64,000 bases of DNA from Saprospiraceae bacterium (GTDB taxonomy: Bacteria; Bacteroidota; Bacteroidia; Chitinophagales; Saprospiraceae). The stretch lies in assembly GCA_043781915.1 (NCBI GenBank), contig JAYWBA010000187.1:931-64930 (forward strand). The letters are read 5' to 3'. A program made the translations under genes and the position numbers. The notes beneath the pieces are model-generated. The model saw only the letters and a program-made list of their open reading frames with translations, made no database searches and had not been told where the DNA came from. Positions 19,775 through 28,638 of the stretch are shown piece after piece (the stretch's first letter is position 1; every line of letters starts with the position of its first letter).

Positions 19775-19935
19775 AGGAAAGAGAAATAAATAAACCTCAC
19801 CATTATGCTTATTCTTTTTCGGTGATAACGACTATCTTTTTCGTTAAATATTACCCGATATTCGCCTTAAAAGATAGTCGTTCTGACCAAAAAATAATTA
19901 ATCCTACTGGCAGAGTTTATTTATTTCTCTTTCCT
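19775..19935. repeat. Nested inverted-repeat element (MITE-like or structured RNA)
   Basis: A perfect 21-bp inverted repeat, AGGAAAGAGAAATAAATAAAC (19775-19795) with 19915-19935, encloses a perfect 14-bp inverted repeat (19827-19840 with 19869-19882). Confidence 0.7.
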
Positions 19936-19974
19936 TATTGAATGGTTTATTTCAAATTTTTAAATCCATAGATT

Positions 19975-20271
19975 ATGTACATTATTCGGGATATTTTTCA
20001 ACTCCGCTTCGGGCAATACAAAGAAGCCAAAGCATTACTTGATGACGCTTACAGCAAAGGTTTATTACCCGACGCCAAATCGTCAAGAATATTATCAGAT
20101 TTTACAGGAGATTCTTATCGTTTAATTTTTGAAGAGGGCTACGATTCATTATCCGATTATGAAAAATCATTAATGAAAAGCATGGATAAAGTTGAATGGA
20201 AAAAATGGTATACTAAATTCAAGGAGCATGTCCAATCATCGCACCGAGAGATATTAAAAGTAATAAATTAA
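19975..20271 (+). CDS. Hypothetical small protein (NIPSNAP/Dabb-like guess)
   Basis: 98-aa ORF followed by hairpin CCCTGCAT...ATGCAGGG (20288-20321). Family assignment is weak. Confidence 0.4.
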   Translation: MYIIRDIFQLRFGQYKEAKALLDDAYSKGLLPDAKSSRILSDFTGDSYRLIFEEGYDSLSDYEKSLMKSMDKVEWKKWYTKFKEHVQSSHREILKVIN

Positions 20272-20359
20272 TGCTATAAAATAAGTGCCCTGCATCGCCT
20301 TTTACTAAAGTCAATGCAGGGTATTTATTTGAAATCAACACCATTTTTGAAGTGCTGTC

Positions 20360-20440
20360 GAAGATTTATAAGCTATTATTGGCAAAGCAGCGACCAAAAA
20401 AGTGATTACTTTTTTTGCAATAGATAAAATAAATGTGTAA
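20360..20440 (+). pseudogene. Decayed duplicate of the uvrC 3' end
   Basis: Aligns to 16531-16617. It translates EDL*AIIGKAATKKVITFFAIDKINV*, against the live uvrC EDLQAIIGKATTKQVITFFAKDKVKDEA*. There is an in-frame stop at the fourth codon. Confidence 0.8.
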
Positions 20441-20449
20441 ATTTGATTA

Positions 20450-20653
20450 ATGGAAAAGAACATTTTATACAATGATTCAACTGATATTTTGGGAGCTAAA
20501 CGAATTGATGAAATAAAAAAACTGTCATTTCTGGAAAGATTAGAGAGACTCATGGCTATTTTAGAAATTTCATACATGCTAAGTGAGGCATTTAAAGTTC
20601 AAAAAATTAAGAAAGAAAAAGTAAGAGAACCCAGGCAATACAATTTGAAATAA
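20450..20653 (+). CDS. Hypothetical small protein (uncertain)
   Basis: 67-aa ORF immediately after the uvrC remnant. No family recognised. Confidence 0.2.
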   Translation: MEKNILYNDSTDILGAKRIDEIKKLSFLERLERLMAILEISYMLSEAFKVQKIKKEKVREPRQYNLK

Positions 20654-20719
20654 TACCGTGTGCGACGAAAGTGCAGCAAAATAGATACTAAATATCCAAA
20701 CCTTTAAACAGCTTCCATC

Positions 20720-22465
20720 ATGAAATACTTTTTGTTTATCACCTCTTTTTTATTTCAAAGCATTATTCCAACTTCAGCACAGGATATCGATATTTTATCA
20801 GGTATTAAAATTAAACTGCGCGATGGTGTACAACTCAATGCTACTGTTTATAAACCCCACGAACAAAAAGAGGCACTGCCCGTTATTTTCACACTGACAC
20901 CTTACATCAGCGACAGTTATCATCCGAGAGGGACTTATTTTGCGAAACATGGTTATGTTTATGCCATTGTTGATGTGCGCGGCAGAGGTAGTAGTGAAGG
21001 TATTTTCGATCCATTTATGCAAGAAGCCAAAGATGGATACGATATTGTGGAGTGGTTGGCAACACAAAAATTCTGCAATGGTAAAGTAACGATGTGGGGT
21101 GGCTCGTATGCAGGTTACGACCAGTGGGCAACTGCCAAAGAATTACCACCGCATTTGAAAACCATTGTGCCCGTAGCATCCGCTAAACCTGGTGTCGATT
21201 TCCCGATGTCGTATAATATTGGGTATTCTTATTCTATTCAATGGCGCACGTTTACGAACGAAAAAACTGGAAACGCTAATCTTTTTGGCGACCAAAAATT
21301 TTGGATTAGCAAGTTTACAGAACGCTACAATAAAGATTTGGCTTTTAGCAGTTTAGATTCCATAGCAGGCAACCCCAATAAAACTTTTCAAACTTGGGTA
21401 GCACATCCTTTGGTAGATGATTATATCAAAAGCATGAGTCCGACACAATTGCAATATAGCCATCTCGACATGCCTATTTTAACCATTACGGGTTCTTACG
21501 ATGCAGATCAACCGGGTGCTTTAACCCTTTACAAAGAGTTTATGCAATTTGCTTCACCCATCGCTAAAAGCAATCACTACTTGATAATCGGTCCTTGGGA
21601 TCATCCAGGAACAAGAACACCCAAAAAAGAAGTGGGCGGGTTGGTTTTTGGCGATTCTTGTATGCTCGATATGAATGATCTGCACAGACAGTGGTACAAT
21701 TACACTTTAAAGGATAGCGTAAAGCCTGCGTTTTTAAAAAATAAAGTAGCTTATTACATCACAAACAAAGACAAGTGGAAATATGTAGCTTCTTTAGAAG
21801 ATATTGGTAAAGAAAAACAAAATTTTTATCTGAATGCTACAAATACTGAAAACGATGTGATGCATTCGGCTTTTCTACAACCCAATTTACCTGCGAGCAA
21901 TAAACCAGCCGAATATATTTATGACCCTTTAGACAAAAGATTTGCAGCTTTAGAGCAAAATCCTTCAGACAATAATTTGACCGACCAAACTTTTGCGTTT
22001 TCTTTGGGCAAAAATGGCGTAGTGTATCATTCAAATGCTTTCGAAAATGAAACAGAAGTATCTGGATTTTTTGAACTCAACGCCTTTATTGAAACGGATG
22101 TTAAAGACCTTGATGTAGATGCCAGTATTTATGAAATAAAAGCGGATGGTTCGAGTGTGTTTTTAACAAGTCAAGCCATCAGAGCCAGATATAGAGAAAG
22201 TCTTGAGCAAGAAAAACTGCTGACACCAAACGAAATAAACCTATTCCATTTCAACAAATTTACTTTTATTTCAAGGATGATTGAAAAGGGAAGCCGCCTG
22301 CGTTTGGTCATCTCGTCCCCTAATTCAATCTACACACAAAAAAATTATTGCAGCGGCGGTGTTGTTGCTACCGAAACAGCCAAAGATGCTCATACGGCGC
22401 ACATAAAAATTTATAACGACAGCAAGCATCCAAGTGTTTTAATTGTGCCTGTTGTTAAAAATTAA
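20720..22465 (+). CDS. CocE/NonD-family hydrolase (S15 X-Pro dipeptidyl-peptidase-like)
   Basis: Signal peptide. TLTPY...VDVRGRGSSEG...GKVTMWGGSYAGYDQW matches the nucleophile elbow GxSYxG. C-terminal beta-sandwich region. Confidence 0.8.
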   Translation: MKYFLFITSFLFQSIIPTSAQDIDILSGIKIKLRDGVQLNATVYKPHEQKEALPVIFTLTPYISDSYHPRGTYFAKHGYVYAIVDVRGRGSSEGIFDPFMQEAKDGYDIVEWLATQKFCNGKVTMWGGSYAGYDQWATAKELPPHLKTIVPVASAKPGVDFPMSYNIGYSYSIQWRTFTNEKTGNANLFGDQKFWISKFTERYNKDLAFSSLDSIAGNPNKTFQTWVAHPLVDDYIKSMSPTQLQYSHLDMPILTITGSYDADQPGALTLYKEFMQFASPIAKSNHYLIIGPWDHPGTRTPKKEVGGLVFGDSCMLDMNDLHRQWYNYTLKDSVKPAFLKNKVAYYITNKDKWKYVASLEDIGKEKQNFYLNATNTENDVMHSAFLQPNLPASNKPAEYIYDPLDKRFAALEQNPSDNNLTDQTFAFSLGKNGVVYHSNAFENETEVSGFFELNAFIETDVKDLDVDASIYEIKADGSSVFLTSQAIRARYRESLEQEKLLTPNEINLFHFNKFTFISRMIEKGSRLRLVISSPNSIYTQKNYCSGGVVATETAKDAHTAHIKIYNDSKHPSVLIVPVVKN

Positions 22466-22787
22466 AACATTTCAAAAGAGATTAATTATCGGCAAACCTA
22501 AAAACCTAAAAATTTTCTGAGCTTCGACAATGCGTTTAGAATTTCAAAATAAATAATTTTGCTAAACAGAACAAATTTTGCTCTGTTTTCACAATATAGT
22601 TGAACAGCCAAAACATAACAAATTTTGTTCTGTTTTACTGGCTCAATTTCAAAAAAACTTTGTAGCGAATAAAATTAATTAAAAATACAGTTTTTACAAA
22701 TCTTAGCTGATAAGGAACATCAACGAAAACTTTACCGAATATTTCCGTTAAACAAACGATTATAAAATTCTGAATTAACTTTGCTTC

Positions 22788-23555
22788 ATGAAAATTTTGT
22801 GCTACAATTTAAACGGCATTCGCTCTGCTATGTCAAAAGGTTTAACCGATTTTTTGCAAACTGATACGTTCGATATTGTGTGCGTTCAAGAAACCAAAGC
22901 ACAACCCGACCAAGTTGATGTGGCAGCTTTCGAAGCGCTGGGGTATCATTATCATTTTTTTTCTGCCGAAAAAAAAGGATATTCGGGTGTGGCAACTTTT
23001 TCAAAACAAAAACCGACAAACGTTATTTATGGCATGAACATTCCTGAATTTGATTTTGAAGGCAGGGTGTTGCGCACTGATTTCGACGATTTTACGCTCG
23101 TTAATATTTATTTTCCTTCTGGCACGTCGGGTGATGAGCGACAAGGTGTAAAATATAAATTTCTCGACGCTATTTACCTGCATATAGAAGAGATTTTAAA
23201 AGATAGACCTAAAACAATCATTGTCGGCGATTATAATATTGCGCACACTGAAATGGATATTCATAATGCCAAAAGCAACGAGAAAAGTAGTGGTTTTTTG
23301 CCTAAAGAGCGCGAGTGGATGTCACATTGGTTAACCGATTTAAACTTGACGGATGCGTTTAGACATAAAAATCCAGAGTTAAAGCAATATTCTTGGTGGT
23401 CGGCGCGATTTAATTCACGCGCACAGAACAAGGGCTGGCGAATAGATTATCACTCAGTCAGTGAAGCTTTGAAAAATAAGATTGTGCATTGCTATCAACT
23501 CAACGATATTATACATTCCGATCATTGCCCTGTTTTATTGGAAATTGAATTGTGA
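22788..23555 (+). CDS. xth: Exodeoxyribonuclease III
   Basis: MKILCYNLNGIRSA...VCVQETK...GDYNIAHTEMD...RIDYHSVS...SDHCPV: EEP-family AP endonuclease motifs. Confidence 0.9.
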   Translation: MKILCYNLNGIRSAMSKGLTDFLQTDTFDIVCVQETKAQPDQVDVAAFEALGYHYHFFSAEKKGYSGVATFSKQKPTNVIYGMNIPEFDFEGRVLRTDFDDFTLVNIYFPSGTSGDERQGVKYKFLDAIYLHIEEILKDRPKTIIVGDYNIAHTEMDIHNAKSNEKSSGFLPKEREWMSHWLTDLNLTDAFRHKNPELKQYSWWSARFNSRAQNKGWRIDYHSVSEALKNKIVHCYQLNDIIHSDHCPVLLEIEL

Positions 23556-23576
23556 TAAAAATTTAGCAGTAAGGTT

Positions 23577-23647
23577 ATTTTCCCTTGACTTCGCTGACTT
23601 TCGCAGAATTAATAATAACTACTCCGAGAGTCAGCGAGGTCAGCTGG
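23577..23647. repeat. Imperfect intergenic hairpin
   Basis: TTGACTTCGCTGACTTTCG pairs with CGAGAGTCAGCGAGGTCAGC (about 22 of 27 positions). Confidence 0.6.
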
Positions 23648-23690
23648 AAATTTGATTAAAAAATTAACCACTAACAATTACCCTTATAAA

Positions 23691-24620
23691 ATGGCTTTTT
23701 ACAAATCGGCAAATGGCAAGCTTCTTATAACGGGAGAATATTTTATTCTCGATGGTGCAAAAGCTTTAGCTATGCCGACAAATTATGGTCAACAAATTCA
23801 AATAGAGGAAAATAAAATTGCTAAAACTTTTTCGTGGCGCAGTAACGATGCATTCGGTGAAAATTGGTTTGATGCCGCTTTTGAACCAAAAACTTTTAAA
23901 ATACTCCACACAAGCAACAAAGAACTGGCTAAAACGCTGCAAAATATTTTGGTTCATGCTGCTGCAATGAGTCTTAATGAAGATTTAAAAATGGGCAACT
24001 ACAATGTTCAAACGTGGTTAACTTATCCTCGTGAATGGGGTTTGGGTTCAAGCTCAACACTAATTTATTTGATTTCTGATTTGTTTAGTGTTGACCCGTA
24101 CGACCTTTTAGATAAAACTTTTGGCGGTTCGGGTTATGATATTGCTTGTGCTGACCAAATTTCTCCCATTATTTACAAACTTAGAAACAAAAACACACGC
24201 GATATAAGCCCTGTCGATTGGCAACCACCTTTTAGTAATAATTTATATTTTTTGTATCTGAACAAAAAGCAAAAATCGAGCGAAGGGATAGCTTTATACC
24301 GAACCAATACAGAAAATAAAAATGCCGCGATACAAGAAATTTCTGAAATTACGGAAGCTGTTTTAACTATAAAAACTTTGCACGATTTTGAACGCCTGAT
24401 TACTGACCATGAACGCATTGTTCAGAGTTTTGTACCGCTTGTACGTGCCAAATTTTTGTATTTTTCCGATTATTGGGGAGAGATAAAATCGCTCGGCGCT
24501 TGGGGTGGCGATTTTGTGCTCGTTACCTCCGATAGAAACGAGGATGCTACGCGATTGTATTTTTCAAAAAAAGGTTTCGATACGCTTATTCCTTTTGATG
24601 AAATGAAGTTTGCGTTATAA
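23691..24620 (+). CDS. GYDIA-family GHMP kinase (mevalonate-pathway-associated in Bacteroidota)
   Basis: GLGSSSTLIYLISDLF (GHMP motif II) and the literal GGSGYDIACAD signature. ATG at 23691 preferred over TTG at 23652. Confidence 0.75.
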   Translation: MAFYKSANGKLLITGEYFILDGAKALAMPTNYGQQIQIEENKIAKTFSWRSNDAFGENWFDAAFEPKTFKILHTSNKELAKTLQNILVHAAAMSLNEDLKMGNYNVQTWLTYPREWGLGSSSTLIYLISDLFSVDPYDLLDKTFGGSGYDIACADQISPIIYKLRNKNTRDISPVDWQPPFSNNLYFLYLNKKQKSSEGIALYRTNTENKNAAIQEISEITEAVLTIKTLHDFERLITDHERIVQSFVPLVRAKFLYFSDYWGEIKSLGAWGGDFVLVTSDRNEDATRLYFSKKGFDTLIPFDEMKFAL

Positions 24621-24651
24621 ACCTCGTAGGTTTTTAAAACCTACGAGGTTT
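24619..24651. terminator. Perfect 15-bp hairpin AAACCTCGTAGGTTT-TTA-AAACCTACGAGGTTT
   Basis: Overlaps the GHMP kinase stop codon. A near-identical copy sits at 37288-37320. Confidence 0.6.
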
Positions 24652-24787
24652 ACTTTCTCTACTCTTAAAAAAATCTTAAAATATCCTGATACTTGGGCAA
24701 CGAAAGTGTTAAGTGGGGTATCATAGCAATAATTCAGAATTTTTTTCGTCTTGAAAAGATTGGAACAAATTTTTAAAATTAATAATT

Positions 24788-25324
24788 GTGACAGACGAAG
24801 AACTCGTAAAAGCGTGTGTACAGGAAAACGCTTCGGCACAACGGATATTATTTGATCGCTATGCGGGCAAAATGATGACGGTATGTCTGCGTTATGCGCG
24901 TCACAGAATGGAAGCGGAGGATATTTTGCAAGATGCTTTTATTAAGGTGTTCGATAACCTGAAAAATTTTGAGTTTAAAGGCTCGTTCGAAGGTTGGATT
25001 CGTCGTATTGTAGTGAATACAGCATTGAAAGGAATCCAGAGAATGAGTTTTAGCCACGAAAGCATTGGTCTGGAAAATTCGCCCGAAAACTTTGAAGAAG
25101 CCAATGCCATTTCATTGCTTTCAGAAAAAGAATTACTACGTCTCATTTCCGAATTGCCTGAAGGTTACCGTGCTGTGTTTAATATGTATGTTTTCGACGA
25201 TTTTAGTCACCGCGAAATTGGTAACACTTTAAACATAGAAGAAAGTACGTCGCGTTCGCAATTAGCCAAAGCGCGCAATTGGTTGAAAGTAAGAATTATA
25301 GATGCTCAAAGAGTAACGATATGA
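24788..25324 (+). CDS. ECF-type sigma-70 family factor (3 of 3)
   Basis: Region 2 (EDILQDAFIKVF, FEGWIRRIVVNTALK) and region 4 (LPEGYRAVFNMYVFDDFSHREIGNTLNIEESTSRSQLAKARNWL). GTG start. Confidence 0.85.
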   Translation: MTDEELVKACVQENASAQRILFDRYAGKMMTVCLRYARHRMEAEDILQDAFIKVFDNLKNFEFKGSFEGWIRRIVVNTALKGIQRMSFSHESIGLENSPENFEEANAISLLSEKELLRLISELPEGYRAVFNMYVFDDFSHREIGNTLNIEESTSRSQLAKARNWLKVRIIDAQRVTI

Positions 25325-27315
25325 CAGAAAAATTTACACCATTCGACGAAGCGCTCCGTGAAAAACTGGACGGTTACAACGACGTTGTAAATGATTCTGT
25401 TTTTGCGAAATTGCAAGCCAAACGTGCGTTACAACAAAAATTGAACGATGCTTCAAGTGTTGTGAATGCAGATTCTGTTTTTGCAAAATTGCAAGCCAAA
25501 CGCGCTTATCAACACCAATTGAGCGACGCGAGTAGCGAACTGCCCACTGCTGCTCTATTCGAAAACATCCAATTTAAACGCAATATTCAACAGAAATTAA
25601 ATAATACCACAACCGATGTGCCAAGTGGCATATTTGAAGACGTAGAATATCAGAAAGCTTTACAATCGAAAATAGACAGTGCAATGCCACCTGTTCGCAG
25701 CGTTTTGTTCGACCGTATGCAAGGAAAGCGCGTGCTTCAAAACAAACTCAACGATTATGAATCGCCAGTGAGTGCCAATTTATTCAACAAAATTCAAGTT
25801 GCTCGTAAAGAAAGGAAACCTAAATTTACTATTTACTATTGGGCAGCAGCGTGTGTTGCAGCTTGTTTGGTTTTATGGTTGCTGAGTACACAAATACAAG
25901 TCGGAAAAAATATAAAATCTGATAATAACACAAGCGCAAGCAATACGCATTCTCAAATACAAAACGGTAATACAATTTCTAAAGAAATTACTATACCAAA
26001 TACCGATTTAAAGCCTAATACCGAAACTCAAAAGCAAACACAAACTGACAATCAAATTTCTGACTCAGAAGGAAAAAATAACTTATCAAAACCAGAAGTA
26101 ACAAAAAATAGTAATAATTTTGAGCAGAAAGACAATTTAGCAACTGCTCAAAAACTCAATAGTGAAATTAAAGCGCCATCTAAAAAATTATCTGTTTTGG
26201 CAGGTCATGGAGCAATTTCGAGAATCGAAAGATCTAAAACTAAGACATCGGAAGAACAAATTGTTCGTTCGAATGACGGATTTGCCGCGCAATCTTTATC
26301 GACTAAGGAAGAAAAAACTATTCTAGAAGCATCTAAATCCTCTAAAAAATTAATTGTCGATAGCTCTGAAAATGCTGCGACTGTTGTAGATATAACAAAG
26401 CAACCAGAAATGGTTTCTCCATCTGAAATTCTAAATTCTCAGAATCCAAATTCACAAGTAAAAGGTGGTTCAAAAGGATTAGGATCAACTTCACTTGCAG
26501 CGCAGGAGTTGAATACGCAGCTTTATAAACGTGGCATTAAATCTTTAAAACCTAATAGTTTGTGCGGGGGACCTGGCGACGAATGTCCAACATTTGCTGG
26601 TGCGCGCTTACGCAATTATGTGCGTCCAGGCGTATTTTTTGAACCTTTTATGGGTGGTGCATTGATTAAGCGCACATTAACAGAAACCTCAACAGATTAC
26701 ACAGCTTATCGTCAAAAACGCGATTCCACAGAATCGTCTCAATATGCCATTCAAGCTGGTCTCATGTTGGGTTATCAATTCCGCAATGGATTTCATGCTT
26801 CAACTGGTATTCGCTACGAGCGTATTTCTGAAAAAGCAACTTATGATAGCATAGGTGTTGGTCAAATTTCCTATATTATTACCTTAACAGTACCACCTGA
26901 TACGTCGGCAAAAGTGCTTACTGATGGTATATTTAGAAAAACGCGTTTTAATACAGTTACGAGTTTTGAAATCCCGATCAGGTTGGGTTATACAATGGTT
27001 TTAAACAGATATTGGGCACTCGATTTAACGGCTTCTGCCGGTTTTAATTTTGCTACAACAACAAAGCAATCTGTTTATAATCCAGAAGGTGCATTAGTTG
27101 ATAACACGGATGTTTCAAATAATTATTTTAAGAAAACTTACGGTTGGTCAGGTGGTTTATCTGTGGGTGTAAGTCGTGCGTTGAGTGCCAACACACAACT
27201 CGTTTTGAGTGCTTATGGTAATTATAAAGTATCACCTGTTACAACAACTGATTACGTCTTAACACAGAAATATAGTACTTATGGTATTAATGCAGCATGG
27301 CGCTATCAATTTTAA
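25321..27315 (+). CDS. Sigma-coupled membrane protein: N-terminal ~25-aa repeats, one TM helix, low-complexity linker, C-terminal OM beta-barrel-like domain
   Basis: ATGA overlap with the sigma stop codon. About 6 repeats of F-x2-(L/I)Q-x-KR-x-(L/Y)Q-x-KLN. TM helix YYWAAACVAACLVLWLLS. The C-terminus ends in AAWRYQF. Confidence 0.6.
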   Translation: MTEKFTPFDEALREKLDGYNDVVNDSVFAKLQAKRALQQKLNDASSVVNADSVFAKLQAKRAYQHQLSDASSELPTAALFENIQFKRNIQQKLNNTTTDVPSGIFEDVEYQKALQSKIDSAMPPVRSVLFDRMQGKRVLQNKLNDYESPVSANLFNKIQVARKERKPKFTIYYWAAACVAACLVLWLLSTQIQVGKNIKSDNNTSASNTHSQIQNGNTISKEITIPNTDLKPNTETQKQTQTDNQISDSEGKNNLSKPEVTKNSNNFEQKDNLATAQKLNSEIKAPSKKLSVLAGHGAISRIERSKTKTSEEQIVRSNDGFAAQSLSTKEEKTILEASKSSKKLIVDSSENAATVVDITKQPEMVSPSEILNSQNPNSQVKGGSKGLGSTSLAAQELNTQLYKRGIKSLKPNSLCGGPGDECPTFAGARLRNYVRPGVFFEPFMGGALIKRTLTETSTDYTAYRQKRDSTESSQYAIQAGLMLGYQFRNGFHASTGIRYERISEKATYDSIGVGQISYIITLTVPPDTSAKVLTDGIFRKTRFNTVTSFEIPIRLGYTMVLNRYWALDLTASAGFNFATTTKQSVYNPEGALVDNTDVSNNYFKKTYGWSGGLSVGVSRALSANTQLVLSAYGNYKVSPVTTTDYVLTQKYSTYGINAAWRYQF

Positions 27316-27444
27316 TTTTTTAAAGTTCGAAGCAGCGTTTTTAACCCATTTTGCCTCTATAGAGTTAAATAGAAGTTAAAATTCAAAGTCTGTTTTTATC
27401 CCAAATTTTTAAAATATATAGACTATCGTGTTAAAATTATCGAC

Positions 27445-28536
27445 ATGTTAACTACATCAACATTTAAAAAATATTTCGGACTCCTTCAAATAATCGCAGT
27501 TATTGCACTGTGTGTTAGTTTAAATGCTTGTCAAAAAGATTCAAACGAGTTTATTCCAACAGGCACAAGAACAGAGAATACTGTTTACAAACCTGTTGAT
27601 ACCGCATTTGTTGAAGAAAGTAAACTCGGACCATTAGATACAACCAAACCACTTTCTGTTGAAAAATGTCAAAATGCTATTCCTAATATTGCACCATTTA
27701 CTGATACATTGACGGCTGAAAAAGGAAAAACGATTACCTTCCCTGACGGCACAATTGTTGAAATTCCTGCCAATGTTTGTACTAACAGCCCTGACGGAAA
27801 TAAAAACGGTGCTTGTAAAGGTCAGTTACGTGTTTTCATTTTAGTTTTAAAAACGCGTGGCGAGCTTATCACTTATAATGTTCCAACGGTTTCAGAAGGT
27901 GCTTTATTACAATCGGGTGGTGTGGTGTTTTTACAAGTCACTCAAAATGGCAAACCTGTATTTTTGCAAACAGGAAGTTATGTAAAAGTGCGTTATAAAA
28001 TGCCTGTTGTCTATACCGATATGAAATACTTTGAAGGTGATAATGATATAAATACGCGCCTTAATTTCGATTGGAAACTCATTGACGATAACAGAGGCGG
28101 CGGAAGCAATATGGATTCGGTTCGATTAAAAGCCTTTGATTATACAACTTATCAATTGTTGATTACGCGTTTTACGTGGGTTAATTGCGATCGTTTTTAT
28201 GCTGACAATACGCCCCTTTCAAAAAAATTAGCCGTTGCATTGCCCGATAGCTTTTCGAATCAAAACACATCTGTGTTTGTCGCTTTTACCGATGCGCTCA
28301 GTGTAGTGCGTTTGGTTGGCGATCCGAGTAAAAGAGCTTTTGTTATTCCAGGTAGCTATAAAGGCTTGCCAACGGGTAAACTAGGTATAGTAGTGACTAT
28401 TAGTTTATTGACTGTAAAAAATACGGATAGATATTATTTCAGCGCAACGCCTATTACTATTGGTGATAATACTGTAAAACCCCAACCTGGACTAATAACG
28501 CTTGATGGTATTCGACAAAAGCTATTGGCTTTATAA
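27445..28536 (+). CDS. Hypothetical lipoprotein
   Basis: Lipobox ALCVSLNAC. No family recognised. Confidence 0.45.
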   Translation: MLTTSTFKKYFGLLQIIAVIALCVSLNACQKDSNEFIPTGTRTENTVYKPVDTAFVEESKLGPLDTTKPLSVEKCQNAIPNIAPFTDTLTAEKGKTITFPDGTIVEIPANVCTNSPDGNKNGACKGQLRVFILVLKTRGELITYNVPTVSEGALLQSGGVVFLQVTQNGKPVFLQTGSYVKVRYKMPVVYTDMKYFEGDNDINTRLNFDWKLIDDNRGGGSNMDSVRLKAFDYTTYQLLITRFTWVNCDRFYADNTPLSKKLAVALPDSFSNQNTSVFVAFTDALSVVRLVGDPSKRAFVIPGSYKGLPTGKLGIVVTISLLTVKNTDRYYFSATPITIGDNTVKPQPGLITLDGIRQKLLAL

Positions 28537-28603
28537 AATAAATGTGTTTGTTTTAGTTTTTCATAATTCTGAGTTTAGTATAGTTTAGTAATCCCATGAA
28601 TAG

Positions 28604-28638
28604 ACTGCCCCCTACTTGTAGGGGGCAGTTTTTATTTT
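28604..28638 (+). terminator. Rho-independent terminator
   Basis: ACTGCCCCCTA-CTTG-TAGGGGGCAGT followed by TTTTATTTT. Confidence 0.75.

Noticed and set aside
16618-20359. An integrase, transposase or tRNA that would make the uvrC-linked islet an active mobile element.
   Set aside because: - None of the ORFs in the interval, or anywhere in the window, shows tyrosine/serine recombinase or DDE transposase motifs.
- I saw no tRNA-like cloverleaf.
- The islet is reported only as a degenerate insertion.
20335-20577. 80-aa minus-strand ORF containing KKVITFLVAALPIIAYKSS.
   Set aside because: - It is the antisense translation of the uvrC 3'-end remnant.
- The same peptide pattern appears antisense to the live uvrC end at 16410-16685.
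- It is an artefact of the duplication.
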